This document shows, piece by piece, positions 1-13,495 of a stretch of DNA of 64,000 nucleotides (position 1 is its first letter; the number at the start of each line of letters is the position of its first letter). The translations under genes were made by a program, and so were the position numbers. Under the pieces are notes generated by a model. That model was not told the DNA's origin. It searched no databases and worked only from the letters and a program-made list of their open reading frames with translations. Origin of the DNA: Lama guanicoe. Its lineage: Eukaryota. Location of the stretch: the NCBI GenBank assembly GCA_013239625.1, contig MU054187.1, forward strand, positions 9,009,231-9,073,230, in the 5' to 3' direction.

Positions 1-269
1 AAAGAAATACTAAAAAAAAAAAAAAAATTAGTTTACTTAAAGCAGATCACAAACAAAATTTGTTTTTTCTTAAGTAAATTTATACACACAAAGGTTTAAG
101 ATGTTGTAGACTGGGCTTTGTGAGATGTGTTGCAGACAGTAGGGATTCTAAGTAATAATTATTTCACTTTAGTATTTGCATTTTAAAATTTCAGTGTGCT
201 TTATGGACCATGTGCTGCTATGTATGCCTGCAGTACTTGAAATGCAGATTTGGAAAGACTGCCATCTAA

Positions 270-332
270 ATGCTTGGCTGGATTAAACGCCTAATTAGGA
301 TGGTTTTTCAACAGGTTGGAAGCATGCAATCG
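270..332 (+). CDS. MTFR1: MTFR1 first coding exon (exon 2), MLGWIKRLIRMVFQQVGSMQS
   Basis: ATG at 270; donor TCG|gtgagt at 333; likely acceptor tttcag| at 194; matches the MTFR1 N-terminus. Confidence 0.96.
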
Positions 333-2409
333 GTGAGTGCTCAAAATTTATTTTTAAAATCCAGACATTAAGAATTTTTTTTGAGAAAGTGAAGTGAATT
401 TATATATGGCTAACATTTTTTAATTCAATGTGTTTATGTACTATTTAATTTGCTTACTATTTAAATCATGGAAGTGAATCTTTACCCAGCATGCTAAGTG
501 AGGGAGTAACTTTCTGGGTTACGCTGAAAATTTAACCAGTATTCATGTGACTGTTAAAAGCAATGCATTTGTTATTAGTGACGAAAAGTCTTAAATATAT
601 GTAGAGATCATTGAATGAAATGTTTGACTAATACTTGACAACTCTGAATGTTGTAGAACTATTAATATTGAATGCTGTTAAAATGTGGTTTATCATATAG
701 CTGTTTAAAGTAAAAGGTAAGTCATGTCTCCTAAAATACAACAACTATAGATACAAAGGAAAAAATTGGTATCATATGGTTATTCTATGCCAAAGATGTT
801 TGTTCTAATCTTGACATTTTAAAAGATATTTTCTCCTGATACATATTTGTTTTTCAGGTCCAGTGTAAAGGTAGTAGAGTAGTAATTGTGCCAGGCATAC
901 TTTGTGGAGTATTTGTTTTTCACTTTCAAATTCTGTGTTTTGTTATCAGTGACACTGAATTAAGTTTTATTCATTAAAGATATAGGCAGGTTACATAATT
1001 TGAATATAGGTATACTTTTTAATGCACTGCTTCTACTTTTTTGTTTTTATTTTATGTTTCTTCATATCTTGCTAAGAGAAGTTTGAACTTTTAGCCCCAC
1101 TACACCCCCCCCCCACCAAAGTAACATTTATTTTCTTTGGAGATAAAAAGCAAAGAACCAAATAAAATTACCCTGTTTTATAGTTGCATAGTTTTGAGAT
1201 TTTTATATTTGAGGATAAACAATGGGAAAATGATTTGTAAGCTTAATAGTATTTTCATCTTTTTCAGTTACATCTTCCCATGATTTGAGCTTCGCTTAAC
1301 GCAGCTATGCCGCCCTTCTCATCTGTTACTTGCCACCACTTGGCTGCACAGGGTGGATTAACATTTCAGTACTGACAGCAGAATAATTTCTTTTCCTTTC
1401 AGAAACACAGGAAGCTTTTGTTGCTGATGATTCCCCAAAAGTGAAGCTTTAAAATTTATGATTCCTATTTATTTGCAATTTTGGTAAGAAGTATAGTTTA
1501 GTGGAAAGATTGTAGGTCTTGGATTCAAACAAACTTGGGTCTTAAATTTATTGTTGCCAGTTACTTTCTTTGTTTACAAATGACAGATAGAAGGAACTGC
1601 TACTGCTGAGTGAGCCTGTGGGTTACAGACAGTGTGTGAAATACTCAGCACGGTGGCATGTGTGTAGTGTGGGCACATTCAGTGACACTCACTTTCCCGT
1701 GGCTTTGCTCTGTCATTCCCCTGCCCCCGCCCCAAGTCCGGCAAATGTGACCAGAGCTGATTGAGGCCAAAGGGCAGAATTTTGTTTCAGGAACAGATAA
1801 CACACACTATTTAGCTTAGTTTACTTATTTAGCTTTGTTCGTTTTTGAGCTGTGAAACGTGACTTTCACCAAAGAATGGTCCATGTGAAAGAGCATTAAC
1901 TTGTTCCCAATATTGTAATCACAGCTGAGGGCCCTTTCTGCTAATAACTGATGGAAAGATCATTTTTTTAATGTAACATATAGTTATCAACTTTAATCCA
2001 TTCACTGAAAATCTATATAAAAATAAGTTTTCTTCTAACAAGAAGCAGTTTAAACCTTTAGAGTTCTTTTCTATCTTAGTTTCCAGGAGCTCTTAGCCTG
2101 CTACCTAAGAATAAAAGGGGGGATGTAGTCTACCAACATTTTACCTTTGGGTTTGTGAAAATAAAAACTTTTTAGCTCCACTTTTCAATGCTAAATACAT
2201 ATTTTCCTCACTGGTTTGACATATAAATGAACTTGATACTTTGAATGTATTCAAGGGCAGAAACTATCTTCATCCTTTACATATTTTATCTGATTTTTTA
2301 AAAGTGCAGGTTTTGAGATCAGGGTTTGGTTTTTGCCATTAGGACAACTGGTGATGATTGTTGGCTCTCTGTATTTCACTATACTGTGTATTTTATATAC
2401 AGCACCCCT

Positions 2410-2825
2410 ATAATAGCTACCGCGCATGGGCTTCCTATGCCCAGTTCTTTAACGTACGTGTATGTTCACTTGAGCAACCTTTTTTTTTTACACAGGTGAG
2501 GGATCTGAGGTTCGGAGTGTTTAACTGACTTGTCTGAAGTTACCCGACTAATATGTGGCAGAGCTGTAATATGAATCCAATTCTGACTCCAAAATCCTTC
2601 CTTTTTTTAGTGTACTTTTCTACCTCTTATGATAGAAGGCAAAGAAGGCAGTATTTATTAAAGACATTATATGTAAATGACTCATCTAATGTTCATAGGC
2701 TCATGAAGTAGATGCTGTCCCTATTTTTACAGATGAGGAAAGGGAAGCAGAGGGATCCTTACTTTGCCAACATTATACAGACAGGAAATGGGAGAGCCTG
2801 CTTTTAGAACCAGGCCTGAATGCTG
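2410..2825 (-). mobile_element. Two tandem MIR SINE remnants
   Basis: Core motifs ttttacacaggtgagggatctgaggttcggag and ctatttttacagatgaggaaagggaagcagag. Confidence 0.65.
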
Positions 2826-2895
2826 CCGTGGCCTTTGTTTTCTTTTGACTGCCTGCCTTTTTGTCTCAACATTTGTTTGTATTTGAAACTATATA

Positions 2896-3103
2896 CTGTC
2901 GACCCTCGAACAATATGGATTTGAACTGCTTGGGTTCACTCATATGTAGATTTTTTTCAGTAGTAAATACTACAGTACTTCACAGTCCAGTTTGGTTGAA
3001 CTCGCAGACATGGAACCCCGGGGAAGGGAGTTAAGTGCAGATTTTTGTTGGGGAAGGAGCATGGTGTTGGCGCCCCGAACTTCAGCGTTGTTCAAATCAG
3101 CTG
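2896..3103 (+). mobile_element. Tigger2-derived non-autonomous DNA transposon (TcMar MITE)
   Basis: Ends CTGTCGACCCTCGAACAA ... TTGTTCAAATCAGCTG flanked by TA dinucleotides; resembles the Tigger2 terminus CAGTTGACCCTTGAACAAC. Confidence 0.75.
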
Positions 3104-6100
3104 TATTCACATTTGTCCAAACTCAGTCTGTTATTACTATATTTATGCCCTTAAGTAAAAATATTTTTAAACTAGAGGAAGCAAGGATAATATGAAACTA
3201 ATGTGATTCTGATTAATCTCAGTATTTTATGTTGCAAAGTTATAGCAAATATCTGATCTGAGTTAGTAATATATTTCCAGTAATACTTAAGCATTGTACC
3301 CTTGTTTTCGTTTTGTGCCTTGGAGGAAGAATGTGACTGTGGCTAGGAGCGTAGCGTGAGGAAGGAGAGAACTGAGGGAAGTGCTATCTTCACTTGGGGG
3401 TTTCAGAATTGTTATAGAAGTTCATCTTCCCCTCTCTACCCCTGCTCCCCAAGACACACTTTTTATTTTTCCCAGGCTCCCTTAGAATTAAGAATTTACA
3501 CTTTGTTGGGTCCTGTCCTAGACTCCCTGAAAATTTGTTCATGGTATGGGCCTTTTTCCCAGAAAACTGTTGTATGTACATACAGTTTTTTTGTGTATAC
3601 ATACAGTGTTACATATAATTTCAGGGAGATGTGAACCTCAGAATAAGAACCTTTTGGTTAATACAACATAGTTTTTCTTGAAAAAGATACATTTTTTAGA
3701 ATTAAGTTTATACTTCCTCCTGCTAAATGATGGCTCTCAAATAGAAATATAGATTAAACTAGTCTATAAAGCCTGAGTGCAGTCATCATGTTGAGACAGA
3801 TGACAGCTTCAGATTCCAGCCTCACACTCCAGCACTTCGACAGTAGAATTTCACATTGTTAAAGAAGAACAAATTGCTTTCCTGTTGTCATCCTCCCTGT
3901 CATCAATTTCAAACTCTGTTGCTAAACGTCATGCATGGACTGTTATTACTAGACTCAGACATGCAAACACCCCCCCACCACACAGATTCATTATTACATT
4001 ATTTATCAGTAGTTCTTGTAAATAAAGCAAAACAAAGTTTTTCTGTTTAATAATTACTGTTATTTAATTATTTCTTAATGGAATTGAAGTCTTGTTTTTT
4101 AATGAAATCGAATTGTCTAGTAATGACAGCTTTCTCCCTGCCCTCTCTCTTACATCTGAAAAAATATTAATGACCGTTTATCTTTACAGAAAGTCTTTCC
4201 TTCTGCAAACAAATGTGCTGACAAGACATAGTTCAGCCACCAGTCAGGGCAAGAGATGCACTTGGGCCGTACAGCCTCCCAGTGCACAGATGGTGACTTT
4301 TCATGCCATCTGTTCATTATTTCTTCACAGCCATTTATAATTTCTCCCCCTTCATGAGGGCTGAATAGAAAAAATGAAGGAAGACCTAGATTTAGAGTTT
4401 CTGGAAGTTAGCTGCTCCTTCCCCTTACTTTACTTTTGCAACAATCCAGTAAAAGTTATGGCTCCTCTTCTTTCTAAATATCCCAGTCCTTAGCTTATGT
4501 AGACCTTTGCTCGTATTTTTTGGTGCTCAGTGCTATGCGGTTCACAAGTGACAGAACAGCATTAAGTTAGTCTACTGTGTATACCTGAAAAAATAATCAC
4601 ATAAAGCAATCTGTTCTTTTACTTCTCGTAACTTCGTATAAGAAGCCTAAATAGTCTACTTTCTCCTTCTCAGTAATAGCTGAATCTTTGGGCCACTTCT
4701 TCATGTGGAAAGCACCTGGTATCCTTCCCTTCTGATACTAAGCAGATGGGGAGATGATGGTTGAAACTTAGCCCTGAAGCATGCCTAGCGAGGAATGTTA
4801 AAAGCTGGCAGAAACCTTAGTTCCTGACCTTGGCAAGTCCTTTCTAAACTTTTCTTTGTGAGCTTTTTTGTCTTCTTCATCTGCAGTTAAGATGTTTGCT
4901 TACTGGAGAGATGGAAGATTCTGATTATGTAATTGTCACATTGTGATGCATAAGTAGCATTCTACTACTCCTGCGTCACAGAGGAGATTTGTCCTGTGGC
5001 TAAATAGAAGACATGAGAAGAGAAGTGGTTGAGTGGTGTAGTTATTATTGCCCTATGGATATTTTTTAAAAAGTTTTCAATGCCTATTAGCATGTATAAG
5101 GTAAAGAGTTTGCTTAAATACTGTCTATTTTAGAATTACTTGCCCTGTTCTTTTTTCTTGGCCTCTTATGTTGAATCAGTAAGACTGTGATTCCCTCTAG
5201 TCGGATGATTTTCCTCCTCTTAGTTTTCATGTGTTAATAACACTGTTCACGTGATGATCCTCTGTCTGGTCACTGGTGTGAGTGATTTGCATTCCTCAAC
5301 TCCAGGTGATTCTCTTCTAAGCTTCACAGTAACTTTGCCCCTTATATTCTTTTTTTAATATTCATATTTCAATATTGATGTCTTGTTAACTTTCCACTGA
5401 CCAATTTTCCAATCTATACCATCCTTTTAATTTACATTTCTAGAGAGTTACCGTTTTTTGTTGGTTACAGTGGCCAGTGTAGGTTATAGAACTTTCTGGA
5501 ACTCTCCTAGGTAATAGTCAATAAAACTTTGAATATACTGATGATGAGATTTATATAAAAGCTGAGGCAGATGCCAGAGGTATTATATATACCCCATGAT
5601 CTCACTTTGACTCACGCTGTTAACCTTAAATTGGATTTGATTGCTAAAAATCTGAGAAGTTAGATTGCCTCTCTGCTCATTTTACAAGTTGTGCATGCTT
5701 TATAATGATCTAAAGGTCTAGTTAGGGTTACGTATTGGAGCCACCACTGTTTACAGTAACATTGCTTGGTCATACTGTTGATGATAGGGTAATTCCATTC
5801 CTTAAATTAGAATGGGCATGGAGTGACTTTAAAAAGGGGTCAATGTCCATTGCTCAGAACACATGCCAACTGATTGGGCACCATAAATTTAGTTTTAGGA
5901 CATAATTGAATGTCTAATGAATTAAGTAAATAGTCGTATCATTTTTTTTAATTGCCTTTAATAGCATACCACCTCTCTCTACCTCTTCTGTCCAGGCTTT
6001 CAGGTTTAGCATTCAAAACAGATGGATAGTTTTTCTCTTTAAGGAAAGATCATATACTTGGGGAGAAGTTTCAAGGTACAATTCGTAATGATTTAACATT

Positions 6101-6671
6101 CTACTATGTGTTTTTTGTTTGCTTTTGCGTTAAGATTTGTGTTTGTTTTTGCTTTAAGCATAGCATAATGTCCTCTGTGTATTACGATTTCCTCTGAGAA
6201 GCTGTGCTCCTCGGGGCCATCACTAGCCCATTAATGCCTTTGTGTGACTAAGGAGAAGGCACCTCTGCCTGAGACAAGGCCTCACAGGAAGAAGTCGTGC
6301 AGCTGGCTTTTGGCCCCTACTCACCCTTGGCCAGCCTTTCTTGTGTGGCAAACAAAATGCAGCGTCCTGCATGGTACAGATTGAAATTCTGAACTTTTAA
6401 CTTTGCATTTGTTTTGAAAGTCAACTATAACAAAAGTAACTCATAGTTTTAAAAAATTGATGTGTATAAAAAATTCTTAAACTAAAAATATAGCAGAGAA
6501 AATAAAATAGTGATTCCTTTGCAGAATAGTATGAAAACCTAATGAAAATAGAAAATTTTACCCCAAATATAGTATTATTTTACAATTACTAGTTATTCTT
6601 TTACATTTTTATATAATGTCTTACATTTAACTTCATTGCATTAATAACAACCTGCTATATATATTCTTTAA

Positions 6672-6752
6672 TTTTTTTTTTAATGGAGGTACTGGGACTT
6701 GAACCCAGGACCTCGTGCATGCTAAGCACACACTCTACCACTGAGCTACACC
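6672..6752 (-). mobile_element. tRNA-derived SINE (Vic-1-like)
   Basis: Reverse complement reads GGTGTAGCTCAGTGGTAGAG...GGTCCTGGGTTCAAGTCCCAGTACCTCCATTAAAA: pol III A and B boxes plus A tail. Confidence 0.85.
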
Positions 6753-6890
6753 TTATTTGGGAAATAGCAGCTCATTTCTTGTAACATTTAGAGCATTCTG
6801 ATCCCATAATTAATGTGTCAGCATGTCGTGCAGTCAGTTGTCTAATGCCTTGTATTAATGGTTCTATGAGTCTTATAATTAAACTTCTGA

Positions 6891-7091
<201 letters not shown>

Positions 7092-10000
7092 TGAACCTCT
7101 CCCCCTATTGATGTCACTATCAGTAAAATAAAAGAGGATAAAAACCACAGTTAAGTCTTTCTAATTTTAGTTCCTCTGTGAAGTGATCATTTAAGCTCTT
7201 TAAGACATTTATCCTTAACAATACATATACGACGATTTAGACGCATGGAATAATCTAAGCAGTTGCTAATTCCCAGGTGACCTTGAACATTCTCTTCTAG
7301 CATCAAATCAGGAGCAGCTCAACTCTTTGCTTGGAGACAAATTCCTGTTTTCTTGATTTGGGTTGTTGTTCCTTACTGTTACAGGGTTAAGACATATATC
7401 ACAGAGCTTTGCTCTTGTTTTTCATTAATTCTCTACAGCAGTAATGTGACAAAACCTTTCAGTTCAACATTTAAGGAAATAAAGTTCAGCAGGTATCTAT
7501 ACCAATTTTGAATGATAGATTAGCATGTGAAATGTGGAAGATACGTTTAGCTCACAATTCAGAAGCTCACAAGTGCCCCTGAGAGCTTTTTAGGGATTGT
7601 CTTATTTATAAATCCCTCCTCCTTGTACATATTAAAAAATCTGTTCCTAAGTGAGTGGTAGAAATTGGTGTTTGTTCAGGTTGACTAACAAGGCTGTTCC
7701 CTGTTGTGCTGCTTGCAAATTGACCTGCAAAACCTTTGTGCACCCATCTAGAGACTGACAGGTTAGAACTTTCACCAAGTAATTTTTATCAAATGATGGA
7801 CTATTCTTTTAATCAAAATGCAGAAACCTGTGGTAGTAATTTGCTCAAGCACAATTTCTGAGAATTCACTTAAAGACACCAATCACTGATTACTTTATTT
7901 GTCAGCTTCCTTCAAGTAGCTATTGTGTTAATTAACGAAGGCTTATTAACTTTTCTTCTGATTGCTCAGTTCCATTAGAATTTTATTTTTATCTGTCTGT
8001 CTGCTTAACCTCCTTGCAGGAGAACTTGCTTCAGCACTTGTGTTCATGTAGCTAGAGACATATGAAAGGACACGGAGATAATCTGGCATTTTCTGGTAGC
8101 AACCCAAATCTGCCTTGACAGTCAGTGGGCCAGAGTACTGGAGCCAAGTTTATTTCCTTGGAAGAATTCTCCTTCTCAGTGTTGTTAGTCACTTAGAAGG
8201 GTCTGAGCAGAATAAAAATTTTAGATTTAGTATAGGAGCTGCATTTGAAAAGAGTAACAAACATAAGGAGAGGAGTAAGGTAAGAGAAATGTTGGTGACC
8301 CACTTTAGAATGTAGTGGAAGACAGAAGACATTTGTTTATAGTGGGATTTTTATGTCCAGGCAGTTTTGTAGCATGCTGCATCTTTTAAAATTCAACATC
8401 AATATTAAAGTGAGTGTTTTATCTGCCACTTAGATATTTTAAATCTGCTATTATTCCTCTATCTTCTGTTTTTTAAACTACATCTATTGGAAATATGAAA
8501 AACATAGTCTTCAAAAAATAGAAAGGATGCAGTTTAGAGTCATAAAATTACATTTCATTTTTGCAGTTTTCTCTGGCTCATTTGGGAGTCTGATATGGAG
8601 TGTATTTGGACTGTCTAAGAGTCCAACATGAGTAAATACTACTATAGAAAGTCTGGAACTGAGGAACAACACTTGGATCCAGGGAGGGTAGACACCACTA
8701 TAGGGCCATATTTGAGAGATGGAAGTCGATATGGATTAAATTTGAGAATGAGGCAGGAGTTAGGTAGTCAAAAACCAGTCCTTTGTTGTTCTGGGTGATT
8801 TCAGTGTCTTTTGGGCTCATCTGAAACTTGGTCTCATATTTTCTTTACTTCCTCTACTCCTGTTGACTTTCACTTCCATTCCTTTTCTAGTACCCACTCT
8901 CGTAGGCAACGCCTCAACTCTGTCACCCTCACAACTGTTTCACCTCTGAAATCTTAAGCCTCAGTATGTTCTTTCTCAATGACACCATCTTTTCACTGTC
9001 ATCAGCTGACCCATATATCTGCAGGCGAGTAACATATAAATGATGAGCAGGATGGGCACATTACTTTGTGAGGGTTAGACAGGATGATCCGTGTGAAGTC
9101 CTGAGTGTCATAACTGGTACATAATTCGTGCATAATGGAAGTGTGCTAGTCATGCGGTTTTATTGGTAACAGTGGTCCAGGAAGACCTCTCTGCAGGAAT
9201 GACATTTGAGGATTAGAAAGAGCCAGCCCTGCAAAGAGCTGGGGAGAGGGAAGGAGGTGATGGTGGGGCTGTTGTGGGCAGAAAGAACACTATGTGCAGA
9301 GGTCCTTGGACAAGACTGAAGTTATTGTTTGAGGAACTAAGACAAGGCCCGTGTGTCAGGAGCTCGTGAGGTGGGAGACGCAGTTGAGGTCTTTGATGTC
9401 TGAGCCATTTGAGGATAAGTACCTGAATTCATACCGCAAGTCACTGTTAAACCTAACACTCTCCCCAGTTACTGTCTGATAATCTGGAATGTGCTAATGT
9501 GACATCGTACTGTATGTGATGTCCGTTTCTTGAGATTTGTAGCTCTAAAATGGCTGTTAAGGATAACTGAATCCATGATACAAGTATTACATTTTATCAA
9601 TTTGGTAGCGTGGCTTAGTAATTTGAAGCCCAGCTCTGTAAATAACCAATGTTTGTGACATTTTCTTCGTTCTCGGTAATTGACGTCTTAAAGACTTGTT
9701 TCTCCATGGAGACACTGTCGCTTACCTTCTTAGATGATTTTGAGAGACAGACACACGTTTCCCTCCCTCTGGTCTCCCTGGTCCTTTTTCTTCTACCTGT
9801 TCTCCCCCTACAACCCCCCCCCCCCCCCCCCTCCCCTCTTGTCATAGAAATCTTCCATAAATGCTCAATTTTTTAAAAAGTGGCTTAGTGGCTGAGTCTC
9901 AGCTCGAGTATTTGGTTGGTGTTCTTTACACAGGTGCACTGCTCAGCCTTTTGGTGTCACTGTGTGTCCCTGTATCAAAATGGAGATATTCTGCCTTCAG

Positions 10001-13000
10001 TGTTTCTTACTATGGCGGAAGTTAGTAGAAAAAGAGGAAATGAAATCTGTTAGTGAAAAAGCTAGAAGTTACTATTTTACTGTGTTGCTTTTAAGAATAC
10101 ATGTTTTGACATTTGGCTGTAAACAAATGGTGGTAAAATAAACTGAATATATTTACTCTTACACCCTTCTTTGCAAGAAACTGAGAGAATCTTAGTTCCC
10201 AGTACCAGTGTGTTTATTTTATGAAAAGTCACATGAGGACAAAGTTAGCTGCTCTTATATGTTATTCTAAGTATTTCAACTTCTGTACAAGCATTATACT
10301 TTTCTTTTATGCATTTTGTTAGATGAATCAATTTCCTCAGTTATAGTTTACATTATCAGAATATTTAAAATTACCTAAAATTACTTTGGTATAATTCTTG
10401 AAATAGAATTGAACCTTGGATAATTAACATTGTATCAAATGTTGAACTTCTCAAAATCAGTAAAAGTACAATGCTGTTACTGAGTTTTGGTCTGAATGAC
10501 ATGCTTTTTATAGTTTTCTGAAAGAAATTTGAATACTTAGCAACCAATTGTGCTAATTTTTATTTAAAATTTTATAATGCCCTTGATTTAAACAAATTTT
10601 TTCTCTATTCCCTTCACTGTGTTTTCTTTTTCCCTCCCTTACTAACAATAGCTGTGGTAAGACAGGACCTTGCTGGAACCTTCAGTAAGTTGATCTTTCC
10701 TTTTTCAAACTTCCCATCAGTCACCCATGCATGCCAGTAGTGGGCTCTAAATCATGCTTCTAAGAATCCACGCTGTCAGTCCCCTTGCCTACACTGACCT
10801 CACCTAAACTGGTTCTTGACTCAGTGAATTGTCCTCTGTTTCATACTTCAGTTACTGAGTGTGCATTTCAGCAACAAATGACGTGGCCTTTTAAAAAAAG
10901 ATTAATGTTACTGTATTTTCAGTTTTACTTTGTTTTCTGTATAAGTTTGGTTTCCCCAGGGATTTTGTTAGGCTTCTTTTTTTTAGTGGCATAAATCACT
11001 GTTATGTAGATGCATGACTTAAATATTAAAACTACTTTGTTTTGTGGGACAGGATGTCAATTAGAAATGATAAAGATATTATCAGTTCTGGAACTGGTTC
11101 TTGACAGTATCATTAACGTTTTCATCTCATTGAGCACATGTTATAGGCATACTGTTATTTCAGTGACTGAATATAATCACTACTTAGACTGCAAACTAAG
11201 TCCATGGAATAATTTTTTTTAAGTTTGTACAAAATCAACATTTCATGTTTAATATGTGAAGTTATTACAGATATAAAACAATTATTGTATGGTCTTTATA
11301 AAGTACTCTGAAAAGCTGTCACAAAATTGGGTTTAACTTTCATATTTTTGAGTATTCTTAGAAAAATATCATTTTGCTTCCTTTTATGAACAAAAATTTC
11401 TGGGAAGAAAACAGCGCTCTTTGTAACTTTACGGGAAAGTAAGAAGTCTTGAGGTCAAAACAAGATTTTATTTATCTTAAATAAACCTTTCTTCCTACCA
11501 ACCAGTAACTGTATTGGAACAGAATTTTATTTACTGAACAAAAAGTTATATAATCAGATTGATCTTCATGAACTAGCACCTTGAGGAAGGCACCCTCAGG
11601 TTTCTTTATGATCTGTCACTTATACAAAACAGCCCATTAAACACTGTGTCTTCTAAGAGCTTCCTTTTTTGGGGACCTTCCCGTTCCTGGATCTCCATGT
11701 AGCCCACTTAGCGTCTCCCTTTTATAATGTTATGGGAATATTAATACACCATTCTGTTTTCAATAACGGATAGAAACAGATTCTATTACCATATTCTCAG
11801 GCTCTTGAGATCAGGTGTGATGCCGAGTTTAGTGATATTATTTCAGTTGTACAAGATACCCATTTACTGAGTGTTTGTTTATTGACTTATTTGGGTACAC
11901 TTCTAAAACATACAATGGAAAGGTACAAAAATCTTCTTTTTGATTTTTCTTTGATCATATCCCTTGACAGTGTACTTGCTTAAGTTTTTCCTTTTTTCTC
12001 TTCTGACCACAATTATTCTACTACATGCCTTAAAACATTGGTATTTTTGAAAGCCTTTTCAACTTGATTCCATTATTAGTTCCTTTGTTTTTGTTTTTTG
12101 CCCAGGTTTAAGTTCTTAAATTTCTACTCTTTTTAATACACTTGTTTTTTCTCTTCCCTGGACCCCTGTACTCCCCAAAAGCCATAATTTAAGGTATTTT
12201 AAATACTTGATGTTCTTACTGAGTTACTGTTAAAATGTCAGTTTTTTAATACTACTTTTGTTAAGTTGATAATGTTAGGTAATTATGATATCAGAATGGA
12301 TACACATAATAGCAGTCAATATGTTTAGTTAAAATTTTATTCCTAATATTAAAGATATTTAAAATTTTAACCATATTACTATTCTGTGGTTGTATGGTAT
12401 ATTTTACAGTTGAGGAAGAAGTATTACTTAAGTGTAGCTTCCAAAAGCTTCATTTGGCAATGTTAGTATTAAGAAGGTTCAGATAAAGCATGGGTTACAG
12501 TAGAACCTTTCTGATAAATACATTAATATGTAAATCTCTTTGGTCTTTTAAACTTTTTTCTTCAGTTGAAAAGTCCGCATTTTCATTTTTAGTTAAACCT
12601 CACTTCAGTTTGTAGGAAATACTACATTGATCTGATAACTTAATTTTTAAATTATTATTCATTGGTCATCTGCCTCTGAGGCATTATACTTATAACAGAA
12701 CTTCAATACAGTTATATTTCCATTTTTTCAAGGTAAATTTCAGAACTTGAATCCTTTTTCTTTGTTGTATTTCAGAATATTCTGTTCCTTCATCTGTGTG
12801 TTGAAGACCAGCTGGAGAATTCTGTTCTATTGCTATGTTTTTTTGGTTCTTTAGTATAGTTAATACTTTTATTTAAAAACAAGAGATTTAAAGATTAAAA
12901 AATGTATTTTCAGTATTATAATAGCATACCTATGTAATATTCATTTCAAAATGTTCCCAGATTTTGCACAAATTGGTCATTTGTTCTTATTCCTATACTT

Positions 13001-13318
13001 TTTTTTTAAACTAAATCTCTTCAGAAAAGAACTGATGTATAATGCTTAAATTCTAAAAATTTTCTCAATGTTTTAGGACGAACAGAGGGTTTTTTTTAAA
13101 CCAGTTTTAGTGACCTGTAAAATAAAAAATTGAGTAAGGTTAAATTATAATTCAGAGATTGCATACACTGTTAGACAACAGTATGACATAACTAAAGGTC
13201 CTTTCCATGGAGACCTTCAATGGGAACGCTAGAAACTGCCTGTGTTTGTTAACGTTAGAGCTCATGATTTTCCTTTCGGTGATTAAATGTTTTATTCTGT
13301 CATTTTGGTGCCAGATGA

Positions 13319-13495
<177 letters not shown>

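Noticed and set aside
701..876. Perfect donor AAG|gtaagt at 717 and acceptor ttttcag| at 857, suggesting 16-nt and 13-nt microexons
   Set aside because: Each has only one strong site (poor pyrimidine tract at 700; weak gtagta donor at 871); likely decoy sites.
6680..6752. tRNA-like sequences here and at the five other SINE loci
   Set aside because: They have A-rich tails and, in most copies, target-site duplications, and lack an intact cloverleaf: SINEs, not tRNA genes.
12080..12112. Pyrimidine tract plus CAG|GTTTA as a recursive splice site
   Set aside because: The regenerated donor is weak and the intron is only about 6.3 kb; recursive sites are typical of very long introns.
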